This document shows, one piece after another, positions 37,946 through 52,102 of a stretch of 64,000 nt of DNA. The position numbers were made by a program, and so were the translations under genes. The DNA is from Camelus dromedarius (Eukaryota). Under the pieces are notes generated by a model. That model was not told the DNA's origin and ran no database searches. It worked only from the letters and a program-made list of their open reading frames with translations. Where the stretch lies: NCBI RefSeq assembly GCF_036321535.1, contig NC_087447.1:39806001-39870000 (forward strand). Reading direction: 5' to 3'. Position 1 is the first letter of the stretch; every line of letters starts with the position of its first letter.

Positions 37946-38727
37946 CCCCTCCACCCTCCACCCTCCACCCTCCACCGCATTAGTATGAAGAAGCAGGTTG
38001 GGTGTTTTTGGTGGCTGAAGAACATATTCTTGATTTTAATATTTGACTGTGCATATTGAAATAATGTGGTTTTGGGGAGACATTTTGGTTTGGTTATGAG
38101 CTAGTTAATCAAGAGTTGATATTATTCTAAGCTTTCATGAGTTGCATTGTATGTGTACCTGCATAAAACTGGCCTTTAAACACAGGTAATATCAACAGTT
38201 GCCATGTGTTGAGCCCTTGCTCAACTCTAGACATTGTGATATTTTCTAGACATTGTTGCATCTAATCTTCATAACCACCTACGAGGATGTTCTAATTCCC
38301 ATTTTACTGAGGAGAATACTGTATCTCAAGACAGGTTGAATCACGTCCTACAGTTTATAAGTAGTAGAATAAGAATGAAGACCCTTGTCTTTCTGTTTTT
38401 ATCAAAAAATATAACTAACTGTTATAACTTCTAAATAACTAGTTTGAAGCTTAATGTAATAGGCATTTCCACCTCCCCACCCCCCTATTTTCTAACTCAA
38501 GGGAAAAGGAGGGAAGTGACCAAAGCTGCAAATAGCATAAAGTCTTCAGGGAACTTCCCTGCCTGGGTGAAAGGTCAGGAAAGCAGGTACCTGTTTGTGC
38601 AGAGGTGGGAGCCCCCATGGAGTCCAGTGTGCAGAATGTGTATCTCCCAGTGATAAAGAGCCAAGAGAGGTCTTTGTGGGAAGTTAAGTTCAAATTGGAA
38701 CCATGAGAAAGTTTGGCAGGTTGAATC

Positions 38728-39110
38728 CAGTGGTGTGCCAGCTCACAGGGGCTGACTGTTAAATTTTCAGGAATTTTGTGAGCTGGTTATTAGATATAGC
38801 CATTATTAAAAATTAAATTTTATAAACTTAAAAATTATACTAAGAACAAAGATATTAGAAGTTCAAAACCCATCACTTCCTAATTATTTTACTATATTTC
38901 ACTGCTATCTTGACACTGAGCGGTGAAAATACTACGCAGTGGTTGGTGTGCTACTGCCCATCTCTTTCCAGCTCCGTGTTCAGTGACTTCAGGTCAGTAG
39001 CTTGAAATGATACATTCTGGAGTATTTATACCGTGGAAATTGGCAAATGCTACAAATCATCCTCCACCCTCCCAAAAGCTTGTTGCTAAACATTTACCAG
39101 GACACCACTA
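38728..39110 (+). mobile_element. MER63-like hAT-Blackjack element
   Basis: TIRs CAGTGGTGTGC...GACACCACTA; tgttaaattttcaggaattttg; 8-bp TSD gttgaatc/gtctaatc. Confidence 0.85.
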
Positions 39111-40249
39111 GTCTAATCCCTGGGAAAGGGGCAAGGTTCAGAGCCAATGTCAAAAGTAAAAGAACAGTCATGATTAAAACTGCAGTTGGGACCCAGTTCC
39201 AGCCTCACCCGGATGGTGGCTGTGCATGTGGCTGCCGGCCCTGGGGCTTGCTCAGAGCTCTGGCTGCTCCGGTTGGTCTTGGCCACGGCCGCCCCTGACT
39301 TTGCTGCGCTACAACTTTGGCGCCTTCTGCGAACGTGACTTCTGGCCTGGCTTCTGGGGTCTGGAGTGTGATCTGGCCCAGGACCTGGCAGGCCAACACT
39401 TGGCCAGGGAGTGGGTGGGAGGTACGCAAATAAACAAAACCAACCCTTCCCCGCCCAGCCCCTCCAACAAAAAATAACCATAAAAAACTGCAGTTGCCTA
39501 TGGTTGCTCTTCTCTGTTATTTGAGATAGCTAACACTCAGGGGAACCAAGGAATGGGGTTTGGTATCTTACAAATAGAAAATGTTTGGCATAGGCGTTCT
39601 TTAGTTAAAAAAGAAAAGGAAAGGAAAATGACAAGGATGTCGTTATGAAGTAGAATTAGGCACTATTAATACAAACTCGATTGGTGAACTTTTTTAGGGG
39701 CTAGAAAAGCTCAGTATATTAAATAGTTAGAGATGGGGTGATGAAATTCTTTTTTATTTTAGAGCTGATTAAGCTTGGAGGTGACGCCTGAGGTTTAATC
39801 TATGTTTACAAATTTTACGCTTGTCACGTCCTTCCACCGTCCTGCTACTGCCCTGGTGTCCGTGTCTTTGGAAAGCTACAAGATGGTTGTGTAAATTTTG
39901 GAATGTCTTTGGCTTTTGTTGTATTTGGAAAAGACTCTGGAATGTATCTGAAGAAGCTGAGTATTATTTATAGCAGATAAAGCCAACTGTGATGGTGGGA
40001 CGGCAGTTGGAGTTATTGTCAGCACCAGAATCTTGGCTGTGCTTGTGTAACAGGTTTTCGTAAGGGCTCTGACTGGCCTTTGAAATATGATTCTTAGCAA
40101 CCCAGGCAATATGGTAAAGACTATAACAATTTATGGAAGTGTTCAATTTGGGTTATTTGGGTGAAAGTTGATTAGCCTTAATACCTGGGACATTTTTCCT
40201 GGCATGATTTTGCTAGTTGTTTAAAAGTTTTACTTACAAAGTAATTAAT

Positions 40250-42690
40250 CACAGAGTAATAATTGCTTATTGTAAAAATTAAAACAACACACAATATGAA
40301 TATCTTAGAAACTCACAACCCAGAACCCCAGAGATCAGACCCCGTAAATTAAGCAGTTTATGTAGTGATCCAGAGTTTTTCTATTGATTAGCACTTAACA
40401 TACATAAATATGAAAATTAAATGAGATCATATTGATCTGCAATCTGCTTTTTGGTTTCTTCTTTTTAAAATATTGTGATATGTTATCATACACACAGATG
40501 ACTATATAAATTAATGTGTACATTTTAATGAATTATAATTAAATGTACACCAGAGCAACCTCTACTCAAGTTAAGAAATACAAAATTTCCTGCACCTCAG
40601 AAGCTGTCTGTGTCCCTTCAGGACCACAAGCACTTCTCAGTCTTCCATAGGAAACCATGACCTTGATTTTTGTGACAATCATTGCCCTATTTTTCTTCAT
40701 ACCTGCGTCACATATTTGGGTATCCCCAAATAATATGTTTAGTTTTGACTGTTTTGAACTTTATATGAAAGGGATCATACTGAATGCACTTTTCTGTGAC
40801 TACTTTCATTCAGTAATATTAATGAGATTCATTCACTGTTGTTGCATGTAGCTGTAGTTCATTTATTTTCATGGATGTATAATATTTCATTGCCTGGATA
40901 TAAGTCAATTTGTTTATCTGTCAGACTGCTGATGGACATTTGTGTTGTTTCCAGTTTTTTATATTATGAATAGTGTATTATAAGTAATTTATATACATCT
41001 CCTGGTATAAGTTTATAAAAGTTTTCCTATGATATGTGCCTAGGAGAGAGATTGTTGTATCATACAGTTTGCCCATGTTTGTATGTATTAAGTAACCCAA
41101 ATTGTATTTCAAAGTAGTTTTACCAGCAGTAGTTGAGAGGTCCTGTTTCTTCACATCTTTGTCAACCTTTGGTATTGTTAGACTTAAAAACTTTTGACTA
41201 TATGTAGAATCTCATTGTAGTATTAACTTGCATTTACCTGACTTCTAATGAGTCTAAGTTTTTTTTTTTCACATAATTAATGACCATTTTGGTTGTCTGT
41301 TTATTAAGTGTCTATTCAAGTCATTTGTCTGTTTTTCTTTAGAGTTATCTTTTATTTAATCATTCTCAAGTATTCTTTATATGCAATTTTTCATCAAATC
41401 TAAGATGCCATTGATTAAAAATGTACCGCTATTTTATGTTACATTGAAAAAGGGAACATCATCAATTAAATTAGAACTCACCACTGGCTGTGATATGTAC
41501 CCTATTTCTGTGATGATAAAATGTGAAAAAAAAACCCTTACATTTTAGAAACGAAAAAATACAGTATTCTAGGTATAAGATCTTTGGTAATTATAGGTGC
41601 TGCCAACAGCTTCTCCCAATTTTTGGCTTAGTTTTTCTCTCTCTTTATAGTTCCTTTGATTAACTGAAGATCTAAGTTTTAAGAAAATCAAAAATCTTTT
41701 GAAACCTATCTACTTTTTTCTCTCTGTTTTTTTCCTTTCTGCATCTTGTTTAAGAAAGCCTTTCCAACTGTGAAATAATAAAGATATATTATTTTCTAAA
41801 AGTGATATAGTTTTACCTTTGTCATTTCATCTTTGATCTACCTAGAATTAATTTTAGGTATAGTGTGAAGTAAGGGTCCAAGTGTGTATTGTTCATTATG
41901 GCCTTTTTCTTTATGAGTGAGTTTGATTCAAGTTTCTATTCTTCTCCGTTATTTGTCAACCTTTGTGTCAATACGGTATTGAATTTCCTGTAGCTTAGCA
42001 TCTGTTAGAGCAAGTCCCTCTTCATTTGTTCCTCTTCAAGGGTATTTTGGTTACCCTGGATCACCCATTTATCACACACACACAAAATACCTCCCAAACA
42101 AAAAATCCCTAGAACTTTAAGGTTTCATTGAATCTATGAATAAATTTGAGAAGAAGTGACATCATAATAATAATTGAATCTTACAATTCTTTGGTGTGGG
42201 AGTAATCCTTATTAATTTCTCTTGATAATGTTTTATGGTTTTGAGAATGTCTTGCCCATTTTTGGTAAGATTTATTCCTGGTTATTTTTTATGCTATTGA
42301 AAGCAGAATTTATATTTTTGTGTTTTGTTGCTGGTATATAAAAATATAATTGAGGTTTTTATATTTCCCATTGTATTCAGTAATATTTTATTAATTCTAA
42401 TAATTTACTTATAGATCAAAAATGTTTTCTACACATACAATCATAGCATCTGTGAGTAATATCAATTCTATTTCTTTTGGCTTTTTGCTTGCCATGATGC
42501 ATAGTCTAGGATTTCCAGGGTAATACTGAACAGAGGTGGTAATACGTAGAATAAGGCATTCTCGTCTAAGTCCCACTCCCAAATACAGTGCTCCATAGTT
42601 CAACAGTAAGGATGGTGTTTGCTGTTATTCTGGGGCTTTTTTTTTTTTTTTGAGTTATATTCTATAAGATTAATGAATATCCAAGCTTTG
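40250..42690 (-). mobile_element. Ancient LINE-1 (L1ME-like)
   Basis: Degenerate antisense 3'UTR and ORF2; ORF 42409..42603 LILLTDAMIVCVEN resembles the RT core. Confidence 0.7.
41384..41564. mobile_element. MER104-like TcMar-Tc2 MITE
   Basis: tttcatcaaatctaagatgccattgatt...aaatgtgaaaaaa...ttagaaacgaaaaaatacag plus TA; inverted ends. Confidence 0.7.
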
Positions 42691-42764
42691 TGAGTAACTA
42701 GCTGGATGGTCTTTGGCAAGTAATTTTACCTTTCTATGAGTTTTCTCATGAGAAAAACATGGAT

Positions 42765-43390
42765 GTTCTACTCTAGATTCTCTGATAAACAGACTGGGAC
42801 AAGGATTAAGTGCTAATGCTTTATAAGAGAGGTGTAGTCCCAAGGTAGCAAGGAGTGCAAAGGAAAGTTAAGGCCAGGCAGTACAGGAAGCAGCGCAAGG
42901 CAATGGCTCACTGTCCTGGCCACTGTCTCACGACGAGCTACAGAGGCAGGAGCAGTTGCAAAGCCGGTGAGTCTCTCAGCCACGCAAGGTGCCTCCAGAT
43001 AGGCTTAATGACAGCGTAGGTTCGGAACAGTCAATGGGTAGGAGGCAGGAGAGGGATTCTCTCCTCCAGCTTCCCGTTTTTTCCTGGAGGGTCAACATTT
43101 GTCCCACTGGGAGCTAACTTCCTCTCATTTCTGGGTTGCATCACCAGGCTCTTTGGCAGTTGTGGGCAGCCAGATCCCATACCCTGAGGAGTCATATTTC
43201 ATCTGAGTCTGGAGGATGTGGGAAGAGCTAGAGACTCCAGGTGAGTGGTTGGCCAGCCTTGGGCATCACAAGGGCCTGCATGAAGTCTGGCTGAGATGGT
43301 GAGTGAAACAGCTAATGGCTAAGAGTCCAGGAGACATGTGAGGCTGAGAAATGATGAGGCTATGCATAAAACAGGTTTGTTTATAGGGCT
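42765..43390 (-). mobile_element. Ancient ERVL-type LTR inserted into a MIR
   Basis: aaacagactgggacaaggattaagtgct...ctttat; MIR halves at about 42690-42762 and 43395-43500. Confidence 0.5.
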
Positions 43391-44244
43391 GCTACTAGTA
43401 CCTACATCATAAGGTTGTCTTGTGGATTAAATGTTACTAGTTTTAAAATGCTTAGAAAAAAGCATTGTACAGGGTGAGCTCTCAAATAGTATTAGCTAAA
43501 ATGCAATCCAATTTATCAACCTTTTCTCTGTAGACAATGATCCTTGTGGAATGCTTAGAAAAGTCTTCTCTACTCAGCTATTGTAGAAATAACATCCATC
43601 TGGATTGTATTTTGGCATGTGAAGTGAGGTCAGAATCACACTTTATGTTTTTCCAAATGACTTGACACTAGTCCAAACACCATGTATTGAGTATTCCATA
43701 TTTCTCCCTTTGCTTTGAAATTTGATTTATAATATATTAAATTTGCATATTATTTGCCACTTTACCAACTCTTATTCTATTACATTGATATATCTATAAA
43801 TTCTAATATACTGTTCTAAAGATTGTAGCTTTATGGGAATAATGTATTGTATGACATGTTTCCATTTCTTGTTCTTTTAAAGATTTTCCTGGCTATTCTC
43901 ACATGTTTATAATTTTAGGTAAATTTGAGAATCATTTTTTCAAGTTTCTTCTAATAAAATCATGCTGGGATTTTTATTGTGAATACATTGAATACATTGA
44001 ATTATAGTTTAAGTTAGGAAAAATTTATGATGGTGAAATTTACTTTTAAAAAACAAGATATCTCTCCATTTATTCAAACTTTACTGGTCTTAGTAGAATT
44101 TTATCGTTTCCAATAAGTGCCAAACATTTCTTGTTACATTATTCCTAGATAACTTATAATTTCCTATGGTTGTGAATGGAATGTTTTCACCTATCATATA
44201 TTTTACTTAATTATTGTTTGTATATCAGAAATCTGTTAGCTTTA

Positions 44245-44897
44245 TTTTAAAATGTTTTGGCAGCTTTATCAAGGTGAACTTTACAGTATTGTAGAATTCA
44301 TCCATTTCAAGTGTACATGCCAATGATTTTTGGTAATATACTGAGTGGTGCAATAAACACCGTAAGTTAATTTTAGAATATTGTCCTTCCTCCAGGAAGA
44401 TCGTCCATGCCTGTTTACAGTTAACCCCAGTTTTTATTCCCAGCCCCAGGTGAACACTAATCTACTTTTTGTCTCTATATGTTTTCTGGACAATTCATAT
44501 AAATAAGCCATACAATATGTAGTCTCTTGTGTCTCTTTCTTTCATTTAGCACAGTTTTTTTTGAGGTTTATCTATGATGTAGCATGTGTTAATAGTTTGT
44601 TTCTTCTTACTACCAAATAGTATTCCACTGTATGTTTATATCACATTTTGTCTATCCATTCACCAGCAATGGACATTTAGATTGTTTTCAGTTATGGACT
44701 GTTACGAATAATGCTACGATGCACCTTTGTGTGAAGTCTTTGCGTGGACATGTATTTTTATTTCTCTTGGGTAGGTATGTAGGAATGGAATGATTGGGTT
44801 GTGTGGTAATTTTATGTTTAACTTTTTGAGAAGTTGCCCAGCTGTTTTCCAGAGTGGCTATACTATTTTACATTCCTACCAGCAATGTGTGAATGTT
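44245..44897 (-). mobile_element. LINE-1 3'UTR (L1MB-like)
   Basis: cagctttatcaagg...attcatccatttcaagtgtac...ttacattcctaccagcaatg. Confidence 0.8.
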
Positions 44898-44909
44898 CTA
44901 TATTGACTT

Positions 44910-45066
44910 AATTTTTACTTTTTTGAGTAGAGATAGATTTATGTAGAGAGCTACATAAGACAAGAGAAAGGCCACGAGGTGTGGGTGTGGGTGCTCAGGT
45001 TAAAATAAAAGTAGATACACACTCCATAGACAGAGCACAGGCCATCCTACTCAGAAGGGGGAGGAG
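44910..45066 (-). mobile_element. Polyadenylated ERV-LTR fragment with L1-type TSD
   Basis: gatacacactccatagacagagcacaggccatc resembles an ERV1 LTR R region; minus strand ends CATAAATCTATCTCTACTC plus A tail; TSD ct(a/c)t(a/g)ttgactt. Confidence 0.55.
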
Positions 45067-47419
45067 CTCTGTTGACTTTAAAATATCTATTTTGTATGTG
45101 ACTATCTTATTGAATAAACATTTTTATAAGTGATTTTTCTCTTGATGCTTGTATTAATATGTACTCACGACTGCAAGTGACAGTATTCCAACTCAAACCA
45201 GCTGAAGGAAAAAGAAAAATATATTGGTTTATGTATTTAAGAAGGACAAATGAAGTGCTGATCATACACATCTAGAATTCAGGGACTTAAAAGATAGTTA
45301 GGGGGTCTCCCTCTCAGCCATGCTTCTTAATACTTACTAGTCTTGAACATCTGAACAGATGATGATAGAAGCTCAATGTTCATACAGTGTTTCTCCTTTG
45401 ATTTCTTTATGTAATGGATTATGCTGATGAATCCTTTTGTACCATCCTTGAATCTCTAAAATAAACCGCAGTTGGTCATGTGGTATTTCTATACATTGCT
45501 GCATTTTATCTGCTAACACTTTGTTTAGAATTTTTCTTTCTAAATAAATGGGTGAGCTCAATCTTCTTTGTTTTGTACTGTCTTTAACCAATTTGATTAT
45601 TAAAATGTTTGCTAGAAAAATGAGTTGGAGCATACTCTGTATTTTTATGTGGCTTGGAATAATTTAAATAGAATTATAATAAGTTTTCCTGTAGCTTAGA
45701 TGAAACTCAGTTCTAAATCCATTTGGACTTAGTGCCATTTTCAATGGTAGATTGTTTGATCATTTTTCAACCACTTTTATAATTGGTCTATTCAAACTTT
45801 GTACTTCTTCTCAGGTTAATGTTGGCAATTTTTATTTTATTAGGAAATTATCTGTTTTCTGTAGATTTTCAGATGTGTGCCTATGGAGTTTTCATGTGAT
45901 GTTCTCTCAGTCCTTTTAACCTCTGTGATGTCTTTGGCTGGAAATTGCTTATACCAATTCTACCTAAAATATAAAAGAGCTCCTGTTTCCTTATATCTTC
46001 TTCCACTTTCGATGTTATCAGATAATAAAAACAATTCTACAAACTGATGTGTACAAATTTTATCATATTAACTTTGATTTCTATAATTATAAATGAGTGT
46101 TAGTATTTTTTCATGAGTTTATCAGTTTAAGGGTTCTCTGCCACTGCTGAAGTCATGTTCATCACCTTCGCCTGCCTTAGAAAGATATTTGTAACTTCCA
46201 GTGCTGGTCAGGATGGATCAGGTCCACTGTAGCCTATATTTCCCATAGATTATGACTCATAACTCTGAATGGAAGTTTTAAAAACAACTTGAAGACACTG
46301 AAAAAATTTTTTAAAAAATATTCAGATTGGGGCGGGAAGTCAGATCTTGAAGAACAATCAATATGGGAATGAATTTCCTGGTTTTGTTCCCTTGTTTGAC
46401 TCCCAGCTTTAGCCCAAGGGTGGCCCCAATTATAGAACTGTCATAGATCTAGACAGCAAAAACTCAGAGGAAAATTTTTCCTCTGGCAAGAAGACCATGG
46501 AAGGTGACCTCTGCTCTTCATGTTTGAAGTCAGTTTTTCATAGACAGCATACAATTTGGCCTCACATTTTTTTAATCCAGCCTGACAATTTTTGCCTTTT
46601 AATTAAGGCAGTTAGACCATCTACATATAATATGATTACTAATATAGTTTGGTGTAAATCTGTCATCTTCCACTTTTTTCCCCCCTATTTGTCCCATCTT
46701 TCTTTGTTCCCTTTTCCTTCTCTTTCTAACTTCTTTTGGATGAATTGAACATGTTTTGTGATTCCATTTTGTCTCTTGTGTTAGATTACTGGTTAAACTC
46801 TTTTTGTTATTTTGAAAGTTGCTCTAGGGTTTGTAACATCCATGTGTAACTTATCACATTCTGCCTTCAAGTGATATGATAGCACTTCGTATATAATATA
46901 AACACTCTTCAATAGTACACTTCCAATCTCTTTCCTCTTAAACTTTGTGCTATTGTGGTCATAAGTTTTACTTTTCCATATGTTATAATACCCACATTAA
47001 CTACTTATTACCTTTGTTTAGAGAGTCAGTTACCTTTGCAGGAATTTATATAATAAGAGAAAGATCTTACATATTTACCTATGTGGCTGTCGTTTACAGT
47101 GCTTTTTTTCCTTTGTCCAGATCCATATTTCCATCTGATTTTTTTTTTCAGTTCTTCCTGAGCAATTTCTTTTAATATTACTTGTAGTATGGGCCTGCTG
47201 TTGGTAAACTTTTTTTGTTTGTTTGTTTTTTGCTTTTGAGTACCTGAAAACAATCTATTTCATCTTTGTTTTTGAAAGATGAAAAATAATTTTGTTGGGT
47301 ATAGAATTCTAGACTGACAGTTTATTTTCTTTCAGTATTTTTAAAGATGTTGTCTGATGTCTTCTCATCTGCATTGTGTCTGGCAAGTTATTTTTGTTCC
47401 CCCCATGTTACATATCAGT

Positions 47420-49025
47420 TATTTTCAGCTTTACTGAGGCATAATTGATAAATAAATTGTAAGATATTTACAGTGTACATTGTGATGATTTGATGTACAC
47501 ATGCATGGTGAAGGAATTCTCATCATCTAGTTAATTAATATACTCACTACCTTACTTATTATCTTTTTTTGGTGAGATATTAAAATTAATTCTACTTTTT
47601 TAGAAAATTTCAATAATAAAATACAGTGTTATCAACTATAGTCATCATGGTTTACATTAGATCTTCAGACTTTTTTCATTTTATAGCTTAATGTTTATAC
47701 CCTTTTACCAGCTTTACCCTATTTCCCCCACCTCCAGCCCTGCCAGCCACTTTTCTACTCTCTGTTTCTATCAGTTTGACATCTTTTTTTTAAACAAAGA
47801 TTACACATGTAAGTGATACCATGCACTATTTGTCTTCCTCTGTCTGGCTTGTTTCACTTAGCATAATGCCCTCAGGTTCTATCCACGTTGTTGCAAATGG
47901 CAGTGTTTCCTTCTTTCTAGTGGCCGAATAATAGTACATTGTGTGTATGTATGTATTTATATATCTATGTATGTATGTAGGTATGTATGTATGTATCTAT
48001 TTTATCCATTCACCCTTGTTGGAGACTTCGGTTTTTTCCACGGCTTGGCTATTGTGAATGATGCTGCAATGAACATGGGAGTACAGGTATCTCTCTGATA
48101 CCCGTTTCCATTTCCTTTGGCTGTATACCCAGAAGTGGGATTGTTGGATTATATGGTAGTACAGTTTTTAAGGTTCTGAGGAACCTCCGTACTGTTTTCT
48201 GTTGTGATTGCACCAGTTTACATTCCCACCAACAATGTACAAGGGTCCCTTTTCTCCCTTCTTTGCCAGCGCTTGATATCACTTGTCTTTTTAATGATAA
48301 TGATTCTAACAGATACGAGGTGATATCATTGCGGTTTTAATTTCCATTTCCCTGATGATTAGTGAGCACCTTTTCATGTACCTGTTGGCCATTTGTATGT
48401 CTTCTTGGGAAAATAATGTCTATTCAGTTCCTCTGCCTGTTTTTTAATTGGTTTGTTTTTTCTATTGAGCTTTATGAATTCTTTATGTATTTTAGATACT
48501 AACCCATTGTCAGATATATAATTTGCAAATGTTTTCTCTCATTTGGTACGTTGCTTTTTCATTTTGTTGACAGTTTCCTTTGCTGTGCAGAGCTTTTTAG
48601 TTTGACTTAGTCCCACTTATTTATTTTTACTTTTGTTGCCTTTGCTTTTGGTGTGAAATTCAAAAAAGTATTGCCAAGACCAATGTCAAGAACTTACTCT
48701 CTATGTTTTCTTCTAGGAGTTTTATGGTTTTATATCTTATATTCAAGTCCTTAATCCATTTTGAGTTAATTTTTGTGTATGGTATAAGATAGTGGCCCAG
48801 TTTCATTCCTTTGCATGTGGCTGTCCAGTTTCCCCAGCATCATTTATTGAAGAGACTGTCCTTCCCTGTGTATTATTGGCTTCTTTGTTGTAAATTCATT
48901 GATCACATATATGTGGGCTTCTCTCTCTCTTATGTTCCACTGATCTATGTGTCTTTTTAAGCCAGTACCATACTATTTTGATGACTATAGCTTTGTAATA
49001 TAGTTTGAAATCAGGAGGTGTGATG
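47420..49025 (-). mobile_element. 5'-truncated LINE-1 (L1MA-like): ORF2 end and 3'UTR
   Basis: ORF 48049..48282 [14 protein letters not shown]...[16 protein letters not shown] is the ORF2 CCHC zinc-knuckle region. Confidence 0.92.
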
Positions 49026-49069
49026 AAACATAATGTTTTGTTTTAGTTTTTTTTTAATCTAACTGCTTT

Positions 49070-50820
49070 TAAGTTTTTTTTTTTAAATCACTGGCTTTGA
49101 ACAATTTGATTATGGTGTACATTGGTATAGTTTTCTTAGTATTTCTTGTGATTGGGGTTAGCTGAGATTCTTGAATCTGTGGGCTTATAGATTTCATCAT
49201 ATTGTGAAAAATTATGGTCATTATTTCTTGATTTTTTCGGGTGTGTGTATGTTCCCACATTTCCTCTCCTTCTGAGACTCCAGTTACAAATCTTATTAGG
49301 CCACTTGAAGTTTTCCCATAGCTCATTGATGCTGTCCTCATTTTTTAAAAATCCTCTTTTCTTTCTATGTTTCTTTTTTTGGATAGTTTCTGTCGTTCCA
49401 TCTTCAGGTTCATTAGCCTTTTCTTCTGTAAAATTTAATTTGGAATTTGGCATTAATCCTATGTAGTGTATTTTCCAGCTCACACATTGTGGTTTACTTC
49501 TCTAAATGTTTTATTTGGTTCTCTTAAAATATCTTACGTATCTTTATTTAAATTTTTAACACATGGAATGTAGTTATAGTAAGTGTTTTAATGATGATGT
49601 TTGCTGATTCTAATATCTGTGTCAGTTTTGGTTTGGTTTTAACATATGTATTTATTTTATCTCATTATGGATCATATTTTCCTCCTTTTTTGTATCTGGG
49701 AATTTTTTTACTGGATCCCAGACATTGTGAATTTTTCCTTGATGGGTGCTGGATATTTTTTTTCTCACCCTTTGATCTGGGACACAGTTACTTGAAGCCT
49801 TTCTGGATTTGCTTTTAGGATTTATTAGGCAAAACTAAAGCAATGCTCATTAGAGAGCTAATTATTCCCCACTATTGGTACTAGAGTCTTCTGTGTATTC
49901 TACCTCATAGTCTGAGAATCGTAAGGTTCCCAGCCTGGCTGGTGGGAGCAGGCACTATTCCTCACTAAATGGGAGCACTGGGCATTGCTACTTCTAAATC
50001 TTTTGGATGTTCTCTCCTCAGTGTTGGCTAGTTTCCTCACATGCATGTGCTTATCATATTCAGCTGAATATTCAAGGAGACCCTCTGCAGATCCCTGGAG
50101 CTCTCTTTTTGTGATACTCAGTCTTCTCTTTTAGTCTTTCCTGCAAATGCTAGTCTCCTCAGTCTCCCCAGGCTCTCAGCTACATCTCCTTAAGTCAAGG
50201 ATTATTTCCTTTTGACGAATTGACCCCTTTATTATTATCAAGTGTCTGTCTTTGTCCATCACTATAGTCTTTGTTCTAAATCTTCATATTACCAGTGAAG
50301 TGACATCCTTCTAAGTAACCTACTCAATGCCCAGGAATTAGGAGGTTTTCGTGTCGGCTGGCAGGAAAGGGAACCATTCCTGGCTTGGTGTGAACTTTGG
50401 GGATTGTTCCCCCTGCTCTGTTTCCAACTCCTTGGGGAGCTTCCCCACAAGCGTGCTCTGGGCTGTGTTCACTTGAAGACTCAAGAGGCTCTGATGCTCT
50501 CTGGAGCTTTCTTTCAGCTGCCCTTCCTCTTCTCTGTCCCGTGCGCTCTAGCCCCTGTCTTCCAGGAAACCGCAAGCCTCTGCCTCCCTTCTCTCTTCCT
50601 GTGTTGTGGCCAGGACGTTCCCTCCAAGCAGAAAGCTGAGGTGACTGTTGGGCCCAGGGTCTGTGTTCCCACTCTCTCAGGTGTCACTGTCCAGAACTGC
50701 CTGATGTCCAGTATCTGAAAACCATTGTTTCGGGCGTCATGTCCTTTCTGGGGGTTATTTCAAATGGAAGGGCATATCCAATCTCTGTTACTTCATTCAC
50801 AGTGGGCAAAAGTGGAAGTT
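49070..50820 (-). mobile_element. Old LINE-1 ORF1 and 5' region (continues 46500-47400)
   Basis: SINELWENFK, GVSEGEE, PQIQESQLTP, IIKL in ORFs 49069..49341 and 49136..49483 match ORF1p. Confidence 0.85.
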
Positions 50821-51955
50821 CTCATCTTTTACAACTTTAGAAGTATCTATTTTATGGAGGGTAGACTGTATCTAAGATTTCAATGATTACATTGTGTTTT
50901 ATAAGGTGCATACTGTCTGCTTACTCATGATGAATTATGTTTTCAAATGTTTTATATTGTTACTTTTTATTATGAGCTTGAAGCCGGTGGGCTTTTTCTG
51001 TCAGAACCCTGTGTAGCCAGTGTTGAAGGCATGTTCCTCCAGGGGAGGTTTGTACTTCCTTCTACCACCAGATTGTACTCATTTCTCAGTGACACAGAGT
51101 TCCCACAGGTTAACAGCCCACTGAAGATAAGCTCACAAAATATATACAGTAATTGTTTTCAGTCATTGGACATCTTTGATATCCTCAGATCACACGGAGA
51201 GTGTAAAATCAAAGTCCAAACCCATGTATGTTGCCTGCTCACATTTTTGACTATTCCTTTTTTTTCAGTTCAGAGCCTTAGAAAAGACTAATAAACTTTC
51301 TTATGATCCATACATGCTGATGGGCAGTTTCCCCCCCTTAGGAGGTGCTCAGCTTTGTGTAGGTACTTCATGTCTAACTCCTAGCACTACATAGGCTTTT
51401 CTGTCCTTACGTGGGTGTAGAAACCCAAGTCCCTAGATTACTGAAACTAGCATCACTTCCCTTCTTCAAGGACCTTCACAGAGTCACTTCTGATATTTAT
51501 TGTTCTGATTTTCAGTTTCCTCTTCATTTCTAGGATGTGGAGATTCCTCCTTATTACTTAAGGTGTTAACTATTAAAAATATGTATATATATATAAACTA
51601 AAAATATCTCTCTTCCAGGTAACTAACCAGATAACTACATGACTTGCTTTGATTATTAGCTAGTGGCAACTTAGTGAGGCTTCCAGCCTTCAATAATTTG
51701 CAGTTAAAAAATAAGGACCCAAATACAGATAAGAGAAAGGGTTTTAATATTGCCAGTAATTAAGGGAAATGTTGGTTGGGTAGTGGGACCAGGGAATGGA
51801 AAAAGCAAGAAGAGAAGAGTGGGATCCCGGCAGAGAAGTGTAGGTGCAGTAAAACTAATAATCACCTTCTACTGGGTGCTGACTATGTGCAGAGCACTTG
51901 ACATATGGTTCCCACTGATCTGCCTGTTAAGGAAGCTAATAGTATACCCAGGGTT

Positions 51956-52102
51956 GTCGGGTTTTTTTTGTTTTTGTTTTTTCAGTTTTATTAGGTAGAA
52001 TTGTTATAATTTGACTGTACATACACAATATATTGCATGTAAATACATATACACAATATCCTGCACATATTTTAAAAAATTTGTATATATGTACTGTTCA
52101 TT
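51956..52102 (-). mobile_element. Short polyadenylated retro-insertion in a MIR
   Basis: AATAAA plus A tail on the minus strand; TSD gta(t/g)acccagggtt at 51942-51955 and 52103-52116. Confidence 0.65.

Noticed and set aside
49915..50580. Diverged internal duplication
   Set aside because: Consistent with repeated units in old L1 5' regions; not locus-specific
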